From an uncultured Bacilli bacterium (GTDB lineage: Bacteria > Bacillota_I > Bacilli_A > RF39 > UBA660): a DNA stretch of 64,000 nt. Position numbers and translations under genes: made by a program. Shown here one piece after another: positions 16,585 through 25,929 of the stretch. Each line of letters begins with the position of its first letter. Positions within the stretch are counted from its first letter, which is position 1. Location of the stretch: NCBI GenBank assembly GCA_944372545.1, contig CALVZO010000008.1, positions 7,352 to 71,351 on the forward strand, written 5' to 3'. Under the pieces are notes generated by a model, which had not been told where the DNA came from, made no database searches, and worked only from the letters and a program-made list of their open reading frames with translations.

Positions 16585-17958
16585 TTATAACTTTGCTTTT
16601 AATTCTTTTAACAAATTATCTAAAGTTGTATTATTTTTTAATTCATTTTTAATTTTTTCACAACTTGCTATAACTGTTGAGTGATCTCTACCTCCAAACT
16701 CTAAGCCAATTTTTGATAAATTTTCTTCTGTTTCTATTTTGCATAAATACATAGCAATATGCCTTGGTCTTGTAATATTACTACTTCTTCTTTTACTCTT
16801 TAAATCTTCTACTGTAATTTTAAAATAATCTGCGACTACTTTTTGAATATGTGATATGGTATTTTCTTGATATATATTAGTATTTACATAGTCTTTAATG
16901 GCTTCTACTGTGAAATCTAATGTTATAATTTCTGGCGCCATCATTGCCGTATAAGCAAGTAGTCTATTAATAGTCCCTTCAATATGTCTTACATCATTAG
17001 GACAAGCATTGGCAATATATTCAATAACATCTCTATTTACTTTATTACTAATACTTGTATGGGCTAACTTCTGTTTTATAATTTCACATCTTAGTTCAAA
17101 ATCAGGAGGATATATATCAACAGGTAATCCCCAAGTAAATCTACTTCTAAGTCTTTCTTCAATTTTTTTTAAATCATCTGGACTTCTATCACTAGATATA
17201 ATTATTTGTTTATTCGCTTGATGTAATGCTTCAAAAGTATGGAAAAATTCTTGCTGCGTTAGTTCTGCTCCTACTAAAAATTGAATATCATCTACTATTA
17301 AAACATCAACATTACGATACTTATTTTTAAAGTTATTAGCGTATTCTATTGCCGTTGCGCCCTTTTCTATTTTGGAAATTCCTGTATATTCATCTCTAAA
17401 TTCACTACTAGTTGTGTATAAAACTTTTTTATTTGAGTGACTTTCTATATAATTACCTATAGCATGCATCAAATGAGTTTTACCAACCCCACTTCTTCCA
17501 TATATAAATAAAGGATTACGAATAGTTCCTGGCGACTGAGCAACGTTCATCGCAGAAATAAATGCTAAACGATTTGATTCACCAACGACATAATTATCAA
17601 AATTCAAATTAGGATTTAAGTTACTAACCCAAGTATTACCTTTTAAAGGAGTATCTTCTACTACTTCATTAGTTATAATACTTTCGACTGTGTTAATTTC
17701 ATCATCTGTAACAAATTTAAATGAATAATTATTATTAGTTATGGAAAAAAGTGTTTCATCTAATAAGTCATAATATGTCGATTTAAGTATGTTTTTATGA
17801 ACAGGAAGAGGTACTTTTATAACAATTTCATTATCGTCCATGCTAATTAATTCTAAATCATTAAACCAAGTTGAATAAGTAATTGTACTAACTTCTTCAG
17901 AAATTTTTGCTAATAATTCTTTAAATATTTCATGTGTTTTCAATACCTCACCCCACAT
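16585..17958 (-). CDS. dnaA: Chromosomal replication initiator DnaA
   Basis: 457 aa; Walker A GRSGVGKTHL, Walker B LIVDDIQF, box VII, C-terminal HTH (GGRDHSTV). The exact start is uncertain because there is no clear SD. Confidence 0.95.
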   Translation of the reverse strand: MWGEVLKTHEIFKELLAKISEEVSTITYSTWFNDLELISMDDNEIVIKVPLPVHKNILKSTYYDLLDETLFSITNNNYSFKFVTDDEINTVESIITNEVVEDTPLKGNTWVSNLNPNLNFDNYVVGESNRLAFISAMNVAQSPGTIRNPLFIYGRSGVGKTHLMHAIGNYIESHSNKKVLYTTSSEFRDEYTGISKIEKGATAIEYANNFKNKYRNVDVLIVDDIQFLVGAELTQQEFFHTFEALHQANKQIIISSDRSPDDLKKIEERLRSRFTWGLPVDIYPPDFELRCEIIKQKLAHTSISNKVNRDVIEYIANACPNDVRHIEGTINRLLAYTAMMAPEIITLDFTVEAIKDYVNTNIYQENTISHIQKVVADYFKITVEDLKSKRRSSNITRPRHIAMYLCKIETEENLSKIGLEFGGRDHSTVIASCEKIKNELKNNTTLDNLLKELKAKL

Positions 17959-18038
17959 TCATAAATATCCCAAATTAATTGTAACTTAAAAGAATTTTTA
18001 TTACAACAATAAATTAGAAAAAAATTATTTCTACAATT

Positions 18039-18216
18039 TTTTCCACATAATTTTCTTCCATATTTCTCTATATTAAAATAATTTTTCCACATTTTCAACA
18101 AAAATATTAGTAACTTTCTAACATATTAATTTCTCTTTTTATTTTTTTAATGTTAAAAGTGTTGAAAACCTAATAGAAGGCTTATATATCAATGTTTTTA
18201 AAAATAATTTTCCACA
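18039..18216 (+). promoter_or_regulatory. oriC: oriC, cluster of DnaA boxes upstream of dnaA
   Basis: Three identical TTTTCCACA boxes (8/9 to TTATCCACA) at 18039..18047, 18083..18091 and 18208..18216, all in one orientation, plus weaker TGTTGAAAA-like elements near 18160. Confidence 0.7.
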
Positions 18217-18725
18217 AATTAATAAATATTATAATAAATTTATGTAATATAAATGTTAATAACTTATATTTTATATTTTTAATATCATTTTTATATTTTT
18301 GATATTCTTCGATATTTAAAACTTCACCTTATATTGATTTGATTATTGATAAATCTGTTTCTTTTATGACATTTTGTGCATTATTTTGGTTTTCTTGCAT
18401 AGAATATCTAGTAGATGTGTTAGAATTTACATTTTGGGTTGTTTGTGATACATTATTGGTAGTTAAAGACCCGTTGGCGCCGTTATTAACGGAAGAGCCA
18501 CTAATTACGGGTCTTTTTCTTTGCTCTAATTTACCAACATTATATATTGTATTAACATTTCCATTTTTTTGTGGCAAAATTCATATATCTAGTCTATATA
18601 TCTTATTCTATATATAATGTTTAATTAAAATAAAAAATTTGAAGAAAAAAACATTATATATTAATGAAATATATTTTAAAAAAAAACTAGGTTAATTCTT
18701 TTAATTCTGTCAATAGTTTTTGAAA

Positions 18726-19089
18726 ATGTCTCAAAAAAAGTTAAACATTAGCGAGAAAATTTATTCCAATTTCCTTGCTGACAAATTAATTTTATTTGTA
18801 TTGATTTTAAGTCGTTATCTTCGGAGATGGCCTTATCTAATGTACTAACTGGGTTTCTTGATCAATTACCATGTACAAAAGCTGATTTGCCTTTCTCCTT
18901 ATATTTAACAATAATATGATCAATTTGTCTTCTTGATAGACCGAGCTTTTTACTAGCTCTGTTTTTGTTTCCATTATGATCTACTAAATCTTTGATCACT
19001 TCATATTTCAATTGTTCATTCATTCTTAATTCAACCTTTCTCATATTCATCACCAAGTGATGTATTCTACAGTAATTGAGACATAATCA
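18726..19089 (-). mobile_element. Internally deleted IS remnant (~364 bp) bounded by 9-bp inverted repeats
   Basis: ATGTCTCAA (18726..18734) and TTGAGACAT (19081..19089) are reverse complements and bracket the transposase fragment. Confidence 0.45.
18748..19056 (-). pseudogene. Truncated transposase: N-terminal HTH only, with an in-frame stop and then a short tail
   Basis: The 64-aa ORF ..NEQLKYEVIKDLVDHNGNKNRASKKLGLSRRQIDHIIVKYKEKGKSAFVHGN* resembles the N-terminal HTH of rve-type (ISNCY-like) transposases of Firmicutes. Reading through the TGA gives 37 more codons and then ends. No catalytic domain is present. Confidence 0.5.
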
Positions 19090-19222
19090 AATACTAACAC
19101 TTAAGACATTATCATATTCTAATCATAAGATATCAAAAATTATTAATAAAAAATATTGCAAAAATCTCTTACATGCTTTAAAATTAAATTATATGTGAAA
19201 TACATGATAAGGAGTGGTTATA

Positions 19223-19486
19223 ATGGAAATTACAAAAGTACGTGTTCACAAAATTGAAAGAGAAGGCTCAAGACTAAAAGGTTATGCAACTGTAACACTT
19301 GATGACTGTTTTGTAGTCACAAATATTAGAATTATTGAAGGAGAAAACAGATTATTTTGCGCAATGCCAAGTCGTAAAGTAAATGATAATAAATTTGAAG
19401 ATATTGTTCACCCAACTAATGTTGAAACAAGAGAAATGTTTGAAACAAAGATTTTAGAAGAATACAATAATCCAACAGAGGAATAG
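19223..19486 (+). CDS. spoVG: Septation/sporulation regulator SpoVG
   Basis: MEITKVRVHKIEREGSRLKGYATVTLDDCFVV..I.IIEG; AAGGAG RBS upstream of the ATG at 19223 (the track start at 19214 is a GTG extension). Confidence 0.93.
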   Translation: MEITKVRVHKIEREGSRLKGYATVTLDDCFVVTNIRIIEGENRLFCAMPSRKVNDNKFEDIVHPTNVETREMFETKILEEYNNPTEE

Positions 19487-19535
19487 TTTAGTACTATTTC
19501 TTTTTTATTGGCATATTATTTTAAGGGAGGCATTT

Positions 19536-19829
19536 ATGGAACAAACAATTGATTTAAATCCAAGTTATGGCAGTCATGAAATTAAAATAATTGACCGAAG
19601 TCTTATAAGTTTATCAGGAATTAAAAAGATAGATAGTTTTGATAATGAAGAATTTTTAATGGAATCAAATATGGGAACTATTTTGTTAAAGGGTGAAAAA
19701 CTAGAAATAATAAAATTAGATACTCATGAAGGTAATGTAAAAATTAAGGGAAAATTAAATAGTTTTGTTTATTTAGAAAATGTTAAAAAAAATAAAGAGG
19801 AAAGTATTCTCTCTAAGTTATTTAAGTAA
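19536..19829 (+). CDS. yabP: Sporulation protein YabP
   Basis: 97 aa; the pattern LSGIKKIDSFDNEEFL..T..G.L.IKGE.L.I..L is typical of YabP; GGGAGG RBS. Confidence 0.85.
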   Translation: MEQTIDLNPSYGSHEIKIIDRSLISLSGIKKIDSFDNEEFLMESNMGTILLKGEKLEIIKLDTHEGNVKIKGKLNSFVYLENVKKNKEESILSKLFK

Positions 19830-20116
19830 TGACTAGTAATTTACAATTAATTTCATTTTTAGTTTCTTTTATATTTGGTTTTTTCTTTTATTTTCTTACT
19901 AATTTTAATTTTGAAATAATAAAAGATTTAAAAGTATATTTAAAACATATTATTACTTTTATTTATGTAATAGATATGGTTATAATATATGTCATAATAT
20001 TTTATCATTTAAATAAAGGATATTTTCATATTTATTTTATATTAATGGTGTTCATTGGGTTTATAATTGGTTATATTTTTTATAAAAAGGTGGTAAGTAA
20101 AATAAATGTAAAATGA
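19829..20116 (+). CDS. yabQ: Spore cortex biosynthesis membrane protein YabQ
   Basis: 95-aa polytopic membrane protein translationally coupled to yabP (TAATG); conserved yabP-yabQ-divIC order. Confidence 0.75.
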   Translation: MTSNLQLISFLVSFIFGFFFYFLTNFNFEIIKDLKVYLKHIITFIYVIDMVIIYVIIFYHLNKGYFHIYFILMVFIGFIIGYIFYKKVVSKINVK

Positions 20117-20179
20117 ATATTTAAATCTTGAAGTAACTAGTTTAGTGTGCTAGTATCAAAATTGATAAGGTTGAAAATA

Positions 20180-20476
20180 ATGGCAAATAAAAAGAAAACT
20201 AGTAAAAAAGAGAAAAAAAGATTATTTATTATTTCAACAGCAATATTACTATTGCTTTTCCTTTTAGTGTCTAGTGTTTATAATGACTGGAAACAAATTT
20301 TAAAAAACAGAAAAGATGAAGTAGAACTTACAAAGCAATATGAATTACTTTTAGAAGATGAAGTTAAACTTAATGCCGAAATTACTAAATTGCAAGATGA
20401 TGAATATTTAGCAAGATATGCAAAAGAAAAATTTATGTTATCTAGTGAAGGAGATACAATTATTAAAACTAATTAA
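20180..20476 (+). CDS. divIC: Septum formation initiator, DivIC/FtsB family
   Basis: Basic N-terminus, one TM segment, then a coiled coil (LTKQYELLLEDEVKLNAEITKLQDDEY). I prefer the ATG at 20180 (MANKKK). Confidence 0.8.
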   Translation: MANKKKTSKKEKKRLFIISTAILLLLFLLVSSVYNDWKQILKNRKDEVELTKQYELLLEDEVKLNAEITKLQDDEYLARYAKEKFMLSSEGDTIIKTN

Positions 20477-20498
20477 GACTTGAAAAAAAGTCTTTTTT
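20475..20498. terminator. Bidirectional terminator between convergent divIC and clpP
   Basis: AAGACT-TGAAAAAA-AGTCTT hairpin with a T-run on one side and an A-run inside the loop. Confidence 0.55.
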
Positions 20499-21078
20499 AA
20501 GTGATTATTTCATCAATTAAGCCATATTGAAGTGCATCTTCTGGAGTCATAAAATTATCTCTTTCAGTATCTCTTTCAATAGTTTTTAAATCTTTATTAC
20601 ACACACTTGCTAAAATTTTATTTAATTTATCTTTAATTTTTAAAATTCTTTCCGCAGCAATTTTTATATCAGTGGCTTGTCCACTAGTACCTCCAAGGGG
20701 TTGATGTATCATTATTTCACTATTTGGAAGACTACATCTTTTTCCTTTTGTTCCATTTGCTAATAAAAATGCTCCCATACTAGCAGATAAGCCAATACAA
20801 ATAGTTTTAACATCACTTTTAATATAATTCATCGTATCATATATAGCCATTCCACTTGTAATAGACCCACCGGGAGAATTTATATATAGATATATGTCTT
20901 CATGATTAAGACTATCTAAATAAAGTAATTCTGAAACAACAATACTTGCCATATTATCATTTATTTCTCCACTTATAAAAACAACACGATCATTTAAAAG
21001 CCTAGAATATAGGTCATAAGCATATTCTTTTTTATTACTTTTTTCAATAACAGTTGGTATTATATTCAATTTAGTCAC
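20497..21078 (-). CDS. clpP: ATP-dependent Clp protease proteolytic subunit
   Basis: 193 aa; Ser-His-Asp triad context ([23 protein letters not shown].); GTG start. Confidence 0.95.
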   Translation of the reverse strand: MTKLNIIPTVIEKSNKKEYAYDLYSRLLNDRVVFISGEINDNMASIVVSELLYLDSLNHEDIYLYINSPGGSITSGMAIYDTMNYIKSDVKTICIGLSASMGAFLLANGTKGKRCSLPNSEIMIHQPLGGTSGQATDIKIAAERILKIKDKLNKILASVCNKDLKTIERDTERDNFMTPEDALQYGLIDEIIT

Positions 21079-21166
21079 CTATAATTATAATATAAAAAAT
21101 AGTAAGTTTTTATTCAAAAAAAAGGCAAGATATGTTAAAATTGTTATAGTAAAGGGTTGATTAGTA

Positions 21167-22813
21167 GTGGAAAAAATATTAATTACTTTAAATACCGGAG
21201 AAAAAAAAGAATTTCCTTTGAATACAACTTACTATGAAATTAGTAAGGGGTTTAATTTGGAAAAAAATATTTTAGGTGTAAAAATTAATAACGAAATACT
21301 ATCTTTAAATGACAAGGCTACTAATGATGCTTTAGTTACCTTTGTTGATCTTAATGATTTATCAGGTAGTAAAATTTATAAGAGTGGATTAGAATTTATT
21401 TTTGAAGTGGCCTTAAAAAAGACTTTTAAAGATTTAGATATCACTTATCAACATAGTGTTCCCAAAGGTTTTTTAGGTGAGGTTGAAGGTAATCATGTAA
21501 TTACCCAAGAAGATTTATTAAAAATTAAAAATGAAATGGCTAAATTAGTAAGTGAAGATATACCTTTTCGTAAATTAAATATTAAGAAAAAAGAAGCCAT
21601 TGATTTTTATAAAAAAATGGGTGAGTTAGAAAAGGCAGAAAATGTTCGAAATATTTCTGATAAAGTCGTAACTTTATATGAATTACTAGGTTTTTATAAT
21701 TATTATTATTCTGAAATGCCTTATAGTACTGGTTCAATTACTAAATATGAAATAGTTTATTTAGGGAGAAATAGATTAATATTTGTAATACCAAGTAATA
21801 GAACAAAGGGAATACTTCCAGAATATGTTCATTATGATAATATTATTAATTCATTTTTAGTTGGGAAAAATTGGTTAGAAACTTTAAAAATGCAATATAT
21901 TAACTCAATTAATAATACAATTGGTAATGGAAAAATTAAAGATTTTATTAAATCATGTGAACTTGTTTTTAATATAAATATTTCTAAAGTTGCAGATGAT
22001 GTAACAAATAACAGGAATATTAAATTTATTTTAATCGCAGGGCCTTCAAGCAGTGGAAAAACTACCACTACTAAAAGATTATCTTCTTATTTAATGGCTA
22101 AAGGGTATGACCCGGTTAAAATATCAATTGATGATTATTTCTTAGATAGAGTAGATACTCCAAAAGATGAATTTGGTAATTATGATTTTGAGTGTTTAAC
22201 GGCGATAGATTTAGATTTATTCAATAGAGATTTACAAAAGTTACTTAATAATGAAGAAATAAATATGCCAACTTATAATTTTATATCAGGTAAAAAAGAG
22301 TATAATGATAACTACATAAAGTTAAAGGAAAATAGCATAATACTTATTGAAGGATTACATGCTTTAAATGATGATTTATTACCAGGAATTGATAAAAAAT
22401 ATAAATATAAAGTGTATTTAAGTCCTTTTATACCTTTAAATATTGATCGGCATAATTATATATCTACAATTGATTTAAGATTAATAAGAAGAATAATAAG
22501 AGATAATAGAACTAGAGGTTATGATATAAATAAAACAATTCATAATTGGCAAAAAGTAAGAGATGGAGAAGAGAGAAATATTTTTCCATATATTCATCAA
22601 GCAGATACAATTATTAATACTGCTCTTCCTTATGAAGTTGGAGTAGAAAAAGTATATGTTGAGCCATTACTTAGGTCAATCAATGTTGAAAGTATCTATT
22701 ATGAAGAAGCAAAAAGATTATTAAATTTTTTAAAAACATTTTTTCCAATACCGGGAGAATATGTAAATAAAGATTCAATTTTAAGAGAATTTATAGGAGG
22801 AAACGATGATTAG
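21167..22813 (+). CDS. Uridine kinase-family P-loop protein with an N-terminal TGS/ThrRS-like extension
   Basis: 548 aa; Walker A GPSSSGKTTT about 290 aa in; the C-terminal half resembles PRK/uridine kinase; GTG start. Confidence 0.65.
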   Translation: MEKILITLNTGEKKEFPLNTTYYEISKGFNLEKNILGVKINNEILSLNDKATNDALVTFVDLNDLSGSKIYKSGLEFIFEVALKKTFKDLDITYQHSVPKGFLGEVEGNHVITQEDLLKIKNEMAKLVSEDIPFRKLNIKKKEAIDFYKKMGELEKAENVRNISDKVVTLYELLGFYNYYYSEMPYSTGSITKYEIVYLGRNRLIFVIPSNRTKGILPEYVHYDNIINSFLVGKNWLETLKMQYINSINNTIGNGKIKDFIKSCELVFNINISKVADDVTNNRNIKFILIAGPSSSGKTTTTKRLSSYLMAKGYDPVKISIDDYFLDRVDTPKDEFGNYDFECLTAIDLDLFNRDLQKLLNNEEINMPTYNFISGKKEYNDNYIKLKENSIILIEGLHALNDDLLPGIDKKYKYKVYLSPFIPLNIDRHNYISTIDLRLIRRIIRDNRTRGYDINKTIHNWQKVRDGEERNIFPYIHQADTIINTALPYEVGVEKVYVEPLLRSINVESIYYEEAKRLLNFLKTFFPIPGEYVNKDSILREFIGGNDD

Positions 22814-23810
22814 AGTTGCAATAAATGGTTTTGGTAGAATTGGCAGAATTGCTTTTAAAGAAATAATTACAGGAACAGATTTTGATATTGTCGCAATTAA
22901 TGATTTATCTAATGCTGAAGAATTAGCCCATCTAGTTAAATATGACACTATTTATAGAACATTTCATGAAGACGCTATAAAATATGATGGTGATGAAATA
23001 GTTATTGCAGATAAAAAAAGAATTAAAGTGTTTGCTGAAAAAGATCCTTTGAATTTACCATGGAAAGAATTAAATGTTGATTTAGTTCTTGAGTGTACAG
23101 GGGTATTTAAAGATTATGATAAGGCTTATAAACATATTGAAGCCGGTGCTAAAAAAGTTTTATTATCATGTCCTGGTAAGGGAGATATGAAAACTATAGT
23201 ATTTGGAGTTAATGATAATTTATTAGATGGTACTGAAAAAATAGTATCGGCATCTAGTTGTACAACAAATTGTCTTGCCCCAATTTTAAAAGTCTTAAAT
23301 GATAATTTAGGAATTGAAAAAGGATTTATGACTACTGTCCATGCAATAACTAATGACCAAGTAACATTAGATATTGCTCATAGTAAAGGTATATATGCAA
23401 GAAGGGGGCGCTCTGCTAGTCAAAATATTATACCTACATCTACTGGGGCAGCATCATCAATTGGTTTAGTTATACCAGAGTTAAAAGGAAAAATGGACGG
23501 AATTTCTTATCGCGTTCCAGTTCCAGATGGTTCTCTTTTAGATATTAATTTAGAATTTAAGAAAGATACTACAAAAGAGGAAGTTAATAATATTATAAAA
23601 AATAATCAAAGTGATGCCTTAAGATATACAGAAGATCCTATTGTATCTAGTGATATTATTGGTAAAAGAATTGGTGGCTTAGTTGATGGCTTACTTACAA
23701 ATGTAGTTGAAGTTAATAATAAAAAGTTATTTAAAGTTGTAGCATGGTATGATAATGAACTAGGTTATACTAGTCAAATGTTAAGAGTAGCAAAAAGGTT
23801 GTTTAAATAA
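22806..23810 (+). CDS. gap: Glyceraldehyde-3-phosphate dehydrogenase, type I
   Basis: INGFGRIGR Rossmann start, catalytic SCTTNCLAP, WYDNE near the C-terminus. Confidence 0.96.
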   Translation: MIRVAINGFGRIGRIAFKEIITGTDFDIVAINDLSNAEELAHLVKYDTIYRTFHEDAIKYDGDEIVIADKKRIKVFAEKDPLNLPWKELNVDLVLECTGVFKDYDKAYKHIEAGAKKVLLSCPGKGDMKTIVFGVNDNLLDGTEKIVSASSCTTNCLAPILKVLNDNLGIEKGFMTTVHAITNDQVTLDIAHSKGIYARRGRSASQNIIPTSTGAASSIGLVIPELKGKMDGISYRVPVPDGSLLDINLEFKKDTTKEEVNNIIKNNQSDALRYTEDPIVSSDIIGKRIGGLVDGLLTNVVEVNNKKLFKVVAWYDNELGYTSQMLRVAKRLFK

Positions 23811-23812
23811 TA

Positions 23813-24967
23813 ATGAAATATTTAAGTAAAGAAAATATTACAAATAAAACGGTTTTATTAAGATGTGATTTTAACGTACCAGTGGAAAATAACTTAATTA
23901 TTGATGATAGTAAGATTCAAAAAAGTTTAAAAACCATTAAATATTTATTAGATAATAATAATAGAGTAATTACATTAAGTCATTTTGGAAGAGTAAAAGA
24001 AGAAGTTGATAAAAAAAATAATAGTCTTCATAAAGTATACTTATATTTAAAAAAATATTTAGATATAGTATTTATTGAAAATAATCTTAATGTAGAATTT
24101 TATTTAAAAACTTCTAAAAGTAATTGCTTTTTATTAGAAAATACAAGATTTACTGATATTCCAAGAAAAAGAGAAAGTGCAAATGATTTAGAATTAGCCA
24201 AATATTGGTCAAGTTTTGGTGATGTATTTGTCATTGATGCTTTTGCCTCTTTACATAGATTACACTCTTCTGTTGCAGGTATTTCTAATTATTTACCAAC
24301 ATATTATGGATTTCTTGTTGAAGAAGAAATTACTAATTTAAATGTATTACAAAATGCTTCATCACCTTTTATAGTAATTATGGGTGGTAAAAAGATAGAT
24401 GATAAAATAAATATTATTAATACATTAGTAAAAAAATGTGATTATTTAATTTTAACAGGAGGTATCCTTAATACTTTTTTAAAAGTAATGGGGAAAAATG
24501 TTGGTAAAAGTCTAGTGAGTAATAATGAAGAAATTTTAAGTAATGTTAAAAATATTATAAAAGAATATAGTGATAAAATATTATATACTGATAATTTTAC
24601 CGTATTAAATAATGGGAAGAATTTAAAAAGAAGAATTAATGAAGTAGAAGATGAAGATATTATTTATGATAATGTAGTAAATTCTGAAGATTATTTAAGA
24701 AAAGCCAAAGTTGTATTTTTTAATGGTACTTGCGGCAAAGTAGAAGAAGATGCATATAGTATTGGAACAAGACATTTACTTGATACATTAAGTAAAATAG
24801 ATGCAAAAGTAATAGTTGGTGGTGGAGATACTGTTGGGTATGTTAATAAAATTAATTACGCAGATAAATTTTATTACTTATCTAGTGGTGGTGGTGCAAC
24901 TCTTGAATATGTTGCAACTGGTAGTCTAAAAGCAATAGATTATATAGAAGATGTTAAGAACAATTGA
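23813..24967 (+). CDS. pgk: Phosphoglycerate kinase
   Basis: RCDFNVP N-terminal motif, SHFGR, C-terminal GGGDT..STGGGA-like (SSGGGATLEY). Confidence 0.93.
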   Translation: MKYLSKENITNKTVLLRCDFNVPVENNLIIDDSKIQKSLKTIKYLLDNNNRVITLSHFGRVKEEVDKKNNSLHKVYLYLKKYLDIVFIENNLNVEFYLKTSKSNCFLLENTRFTDIPRKRESANDLELAKYWSSFGDVFVIDAFASLHRLHSSVAGISNYLPTYYGFLVEEEITNLNVLQNASSPFIVIMGGKKIDDKINIINTLVKKCDYLILTGGILNTFLKVMGKNVGKSLVSNNEEILSNVKNIIKEYSDKILYTDNFTVLNNGKNLKRRINEVEDEDIIYDNVVNSEDYLRKAKVVFFNGTCGKVEEDAYSIGTRHLLDTLSKIDAKVIVGGGDTVGYVNKINYADKFYYLSSGGGATLEYVATGSLKAIDYIEDVKNN

Positions 24968-24991
24968 GTTTTTAACATTTTTTTGTACTTA

Positions 24992-24998
24992 TTCGACA
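24992..24998 (-). promoter_or_regulatory. Spo0A box (TGTCGAA on the minus strand) upstream of spo0A
   Basis: TTCGACA lies 116 bp upstream of the spo0A ATG, next to a TTGACA hexamer at 25013..25018. Confidence 0.4.
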
Positions 24999-25113
24999 CA
25001 TTTTTACATATATTGACAATAGTAGACAAAACTTCCTATGGCTTTTTGTCAAATATTATTTTATAATTGTATTTGCAAGCAGTAAAAAATTTAACGAAAA
25101 AAGGAGAAAAATC

Positions 25114-25869
25114 ATGAATTCGAGTATTAAAGTTTTAGTTATTGAAAATAACGAAGCAATAACTAAAGACATGGAGAAGTACTTTAGCAGTCATGAAGTA
25201 ATTAAAGTAGTAGCTTGTAAAAAAGATGGGGAAGAAGGTTTAAATTACATTATCAATAATGTAAGTAATATTGATGTTATTGTAATGGATTTATTAATTC
25301 CGAAACTAGATGGTTTGTTTATCTTAAGTGAATTAAAAAGAAGAAATATTAAGAAAAATGTTATTATAACTACTAGTTTTAAAGATGATGCCGTTATGGA
25401 CGAGGCTAATAAATATGGAGTAACATATTATATGATTAAGCCAGTTAATTTTATTAGTTTAGAAAAAAGGATAATGAGTATTAATATAAATAATACAAAA
25501 AATAAAACATTTAACCAAGAAGTTATACTTACTGATTTATTACACTCATTAGGTATACCTTCACATATAAGAGGTTACCAATATATTAGAGATGGCATAA
25601 TTCTTATGTATAATAGTCCAAATCAAATTGCCTATATTACTAAAGAAATATATCCAGAAATTGCGCTTAAATATTATACTACTGCATCTAGGGTAGAAAG
25701 AGCAATAAGACACGCTATAGAAATTAGTTGGAATCGGGGAGACATGGATTTAATGGACGAAATATTTGGGAATAGTCTCAATTTAAATCGTGATAAACCA
25801 ACTAATGCCGAATATTTATCAACTCTTGCCGATAGACTAAGAGTTAAATCTAATTTAGTTACAAATTAA
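25114..25869 (+). CDS. spo0A: Sporulation master regulator Spo0A
   Basis: Receiver domain (D59, T86/87, K109) plus the diagnostic Spo0A C-terminal domain: GIPSHIRGYQYIRDGI, TKEIYPEIA, TASRVERAIRHAIE..W.RG, KPTNAEYLSTLAD. Confidence 0.95.
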   Translation: MNSSIKVLVIENNEAITKDMEKYFSSHEVIKVVACKKDGEEGLNYIINNVSNIDVIVMDLLIPKLDGLFILSELKRRNIKKNVIITTSFKDDAVMDEANKYGVTYYMIKPVNFISLEKRIMSININNTKNKTFNQEVILTDLLHSLGIPSHIRGYQYIRDGIILMYNSPNQIAYITKEIYPEIALKYYTTASRVERAIRHAIEISWNRGDMDLMDEIFGNSLNLNRDKPTNAEYLSTLADRLRVKSNLVTN

Positions 25870-25870
25870 G

Positions 25871-25897
25871 AATACAAGTAAAATTGTATTTTTTTTT
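25871..25897 (+). terminator. Rho-independent terminator after spo0A
   Basis: AATACAA-GTAAAA-TTGTATT followed by a T-run. Confidence 0.65.
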
Positions 25898-25929
25898 CGA
25901 TTATGGTATATTTATCTAAAGGTGAAAGT

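Noticed and set aside
18339-18617. 92-aa plus-strand ORF and the 82-aa minus-strand ORF (18329-18577) as real genes
   Set aside because: Neither has an SD, a canonical start context or any recognisable motif, and they overlap each other completely. I kept this as a low-interest finding rather than annotating either as a CDS.
21079-21166. CtsR operator (GGTCAAA direct repeat) upstream of clpP
   Set aside because: No GGTCAAA-type heptad is visible in the clpP upstream spacer.
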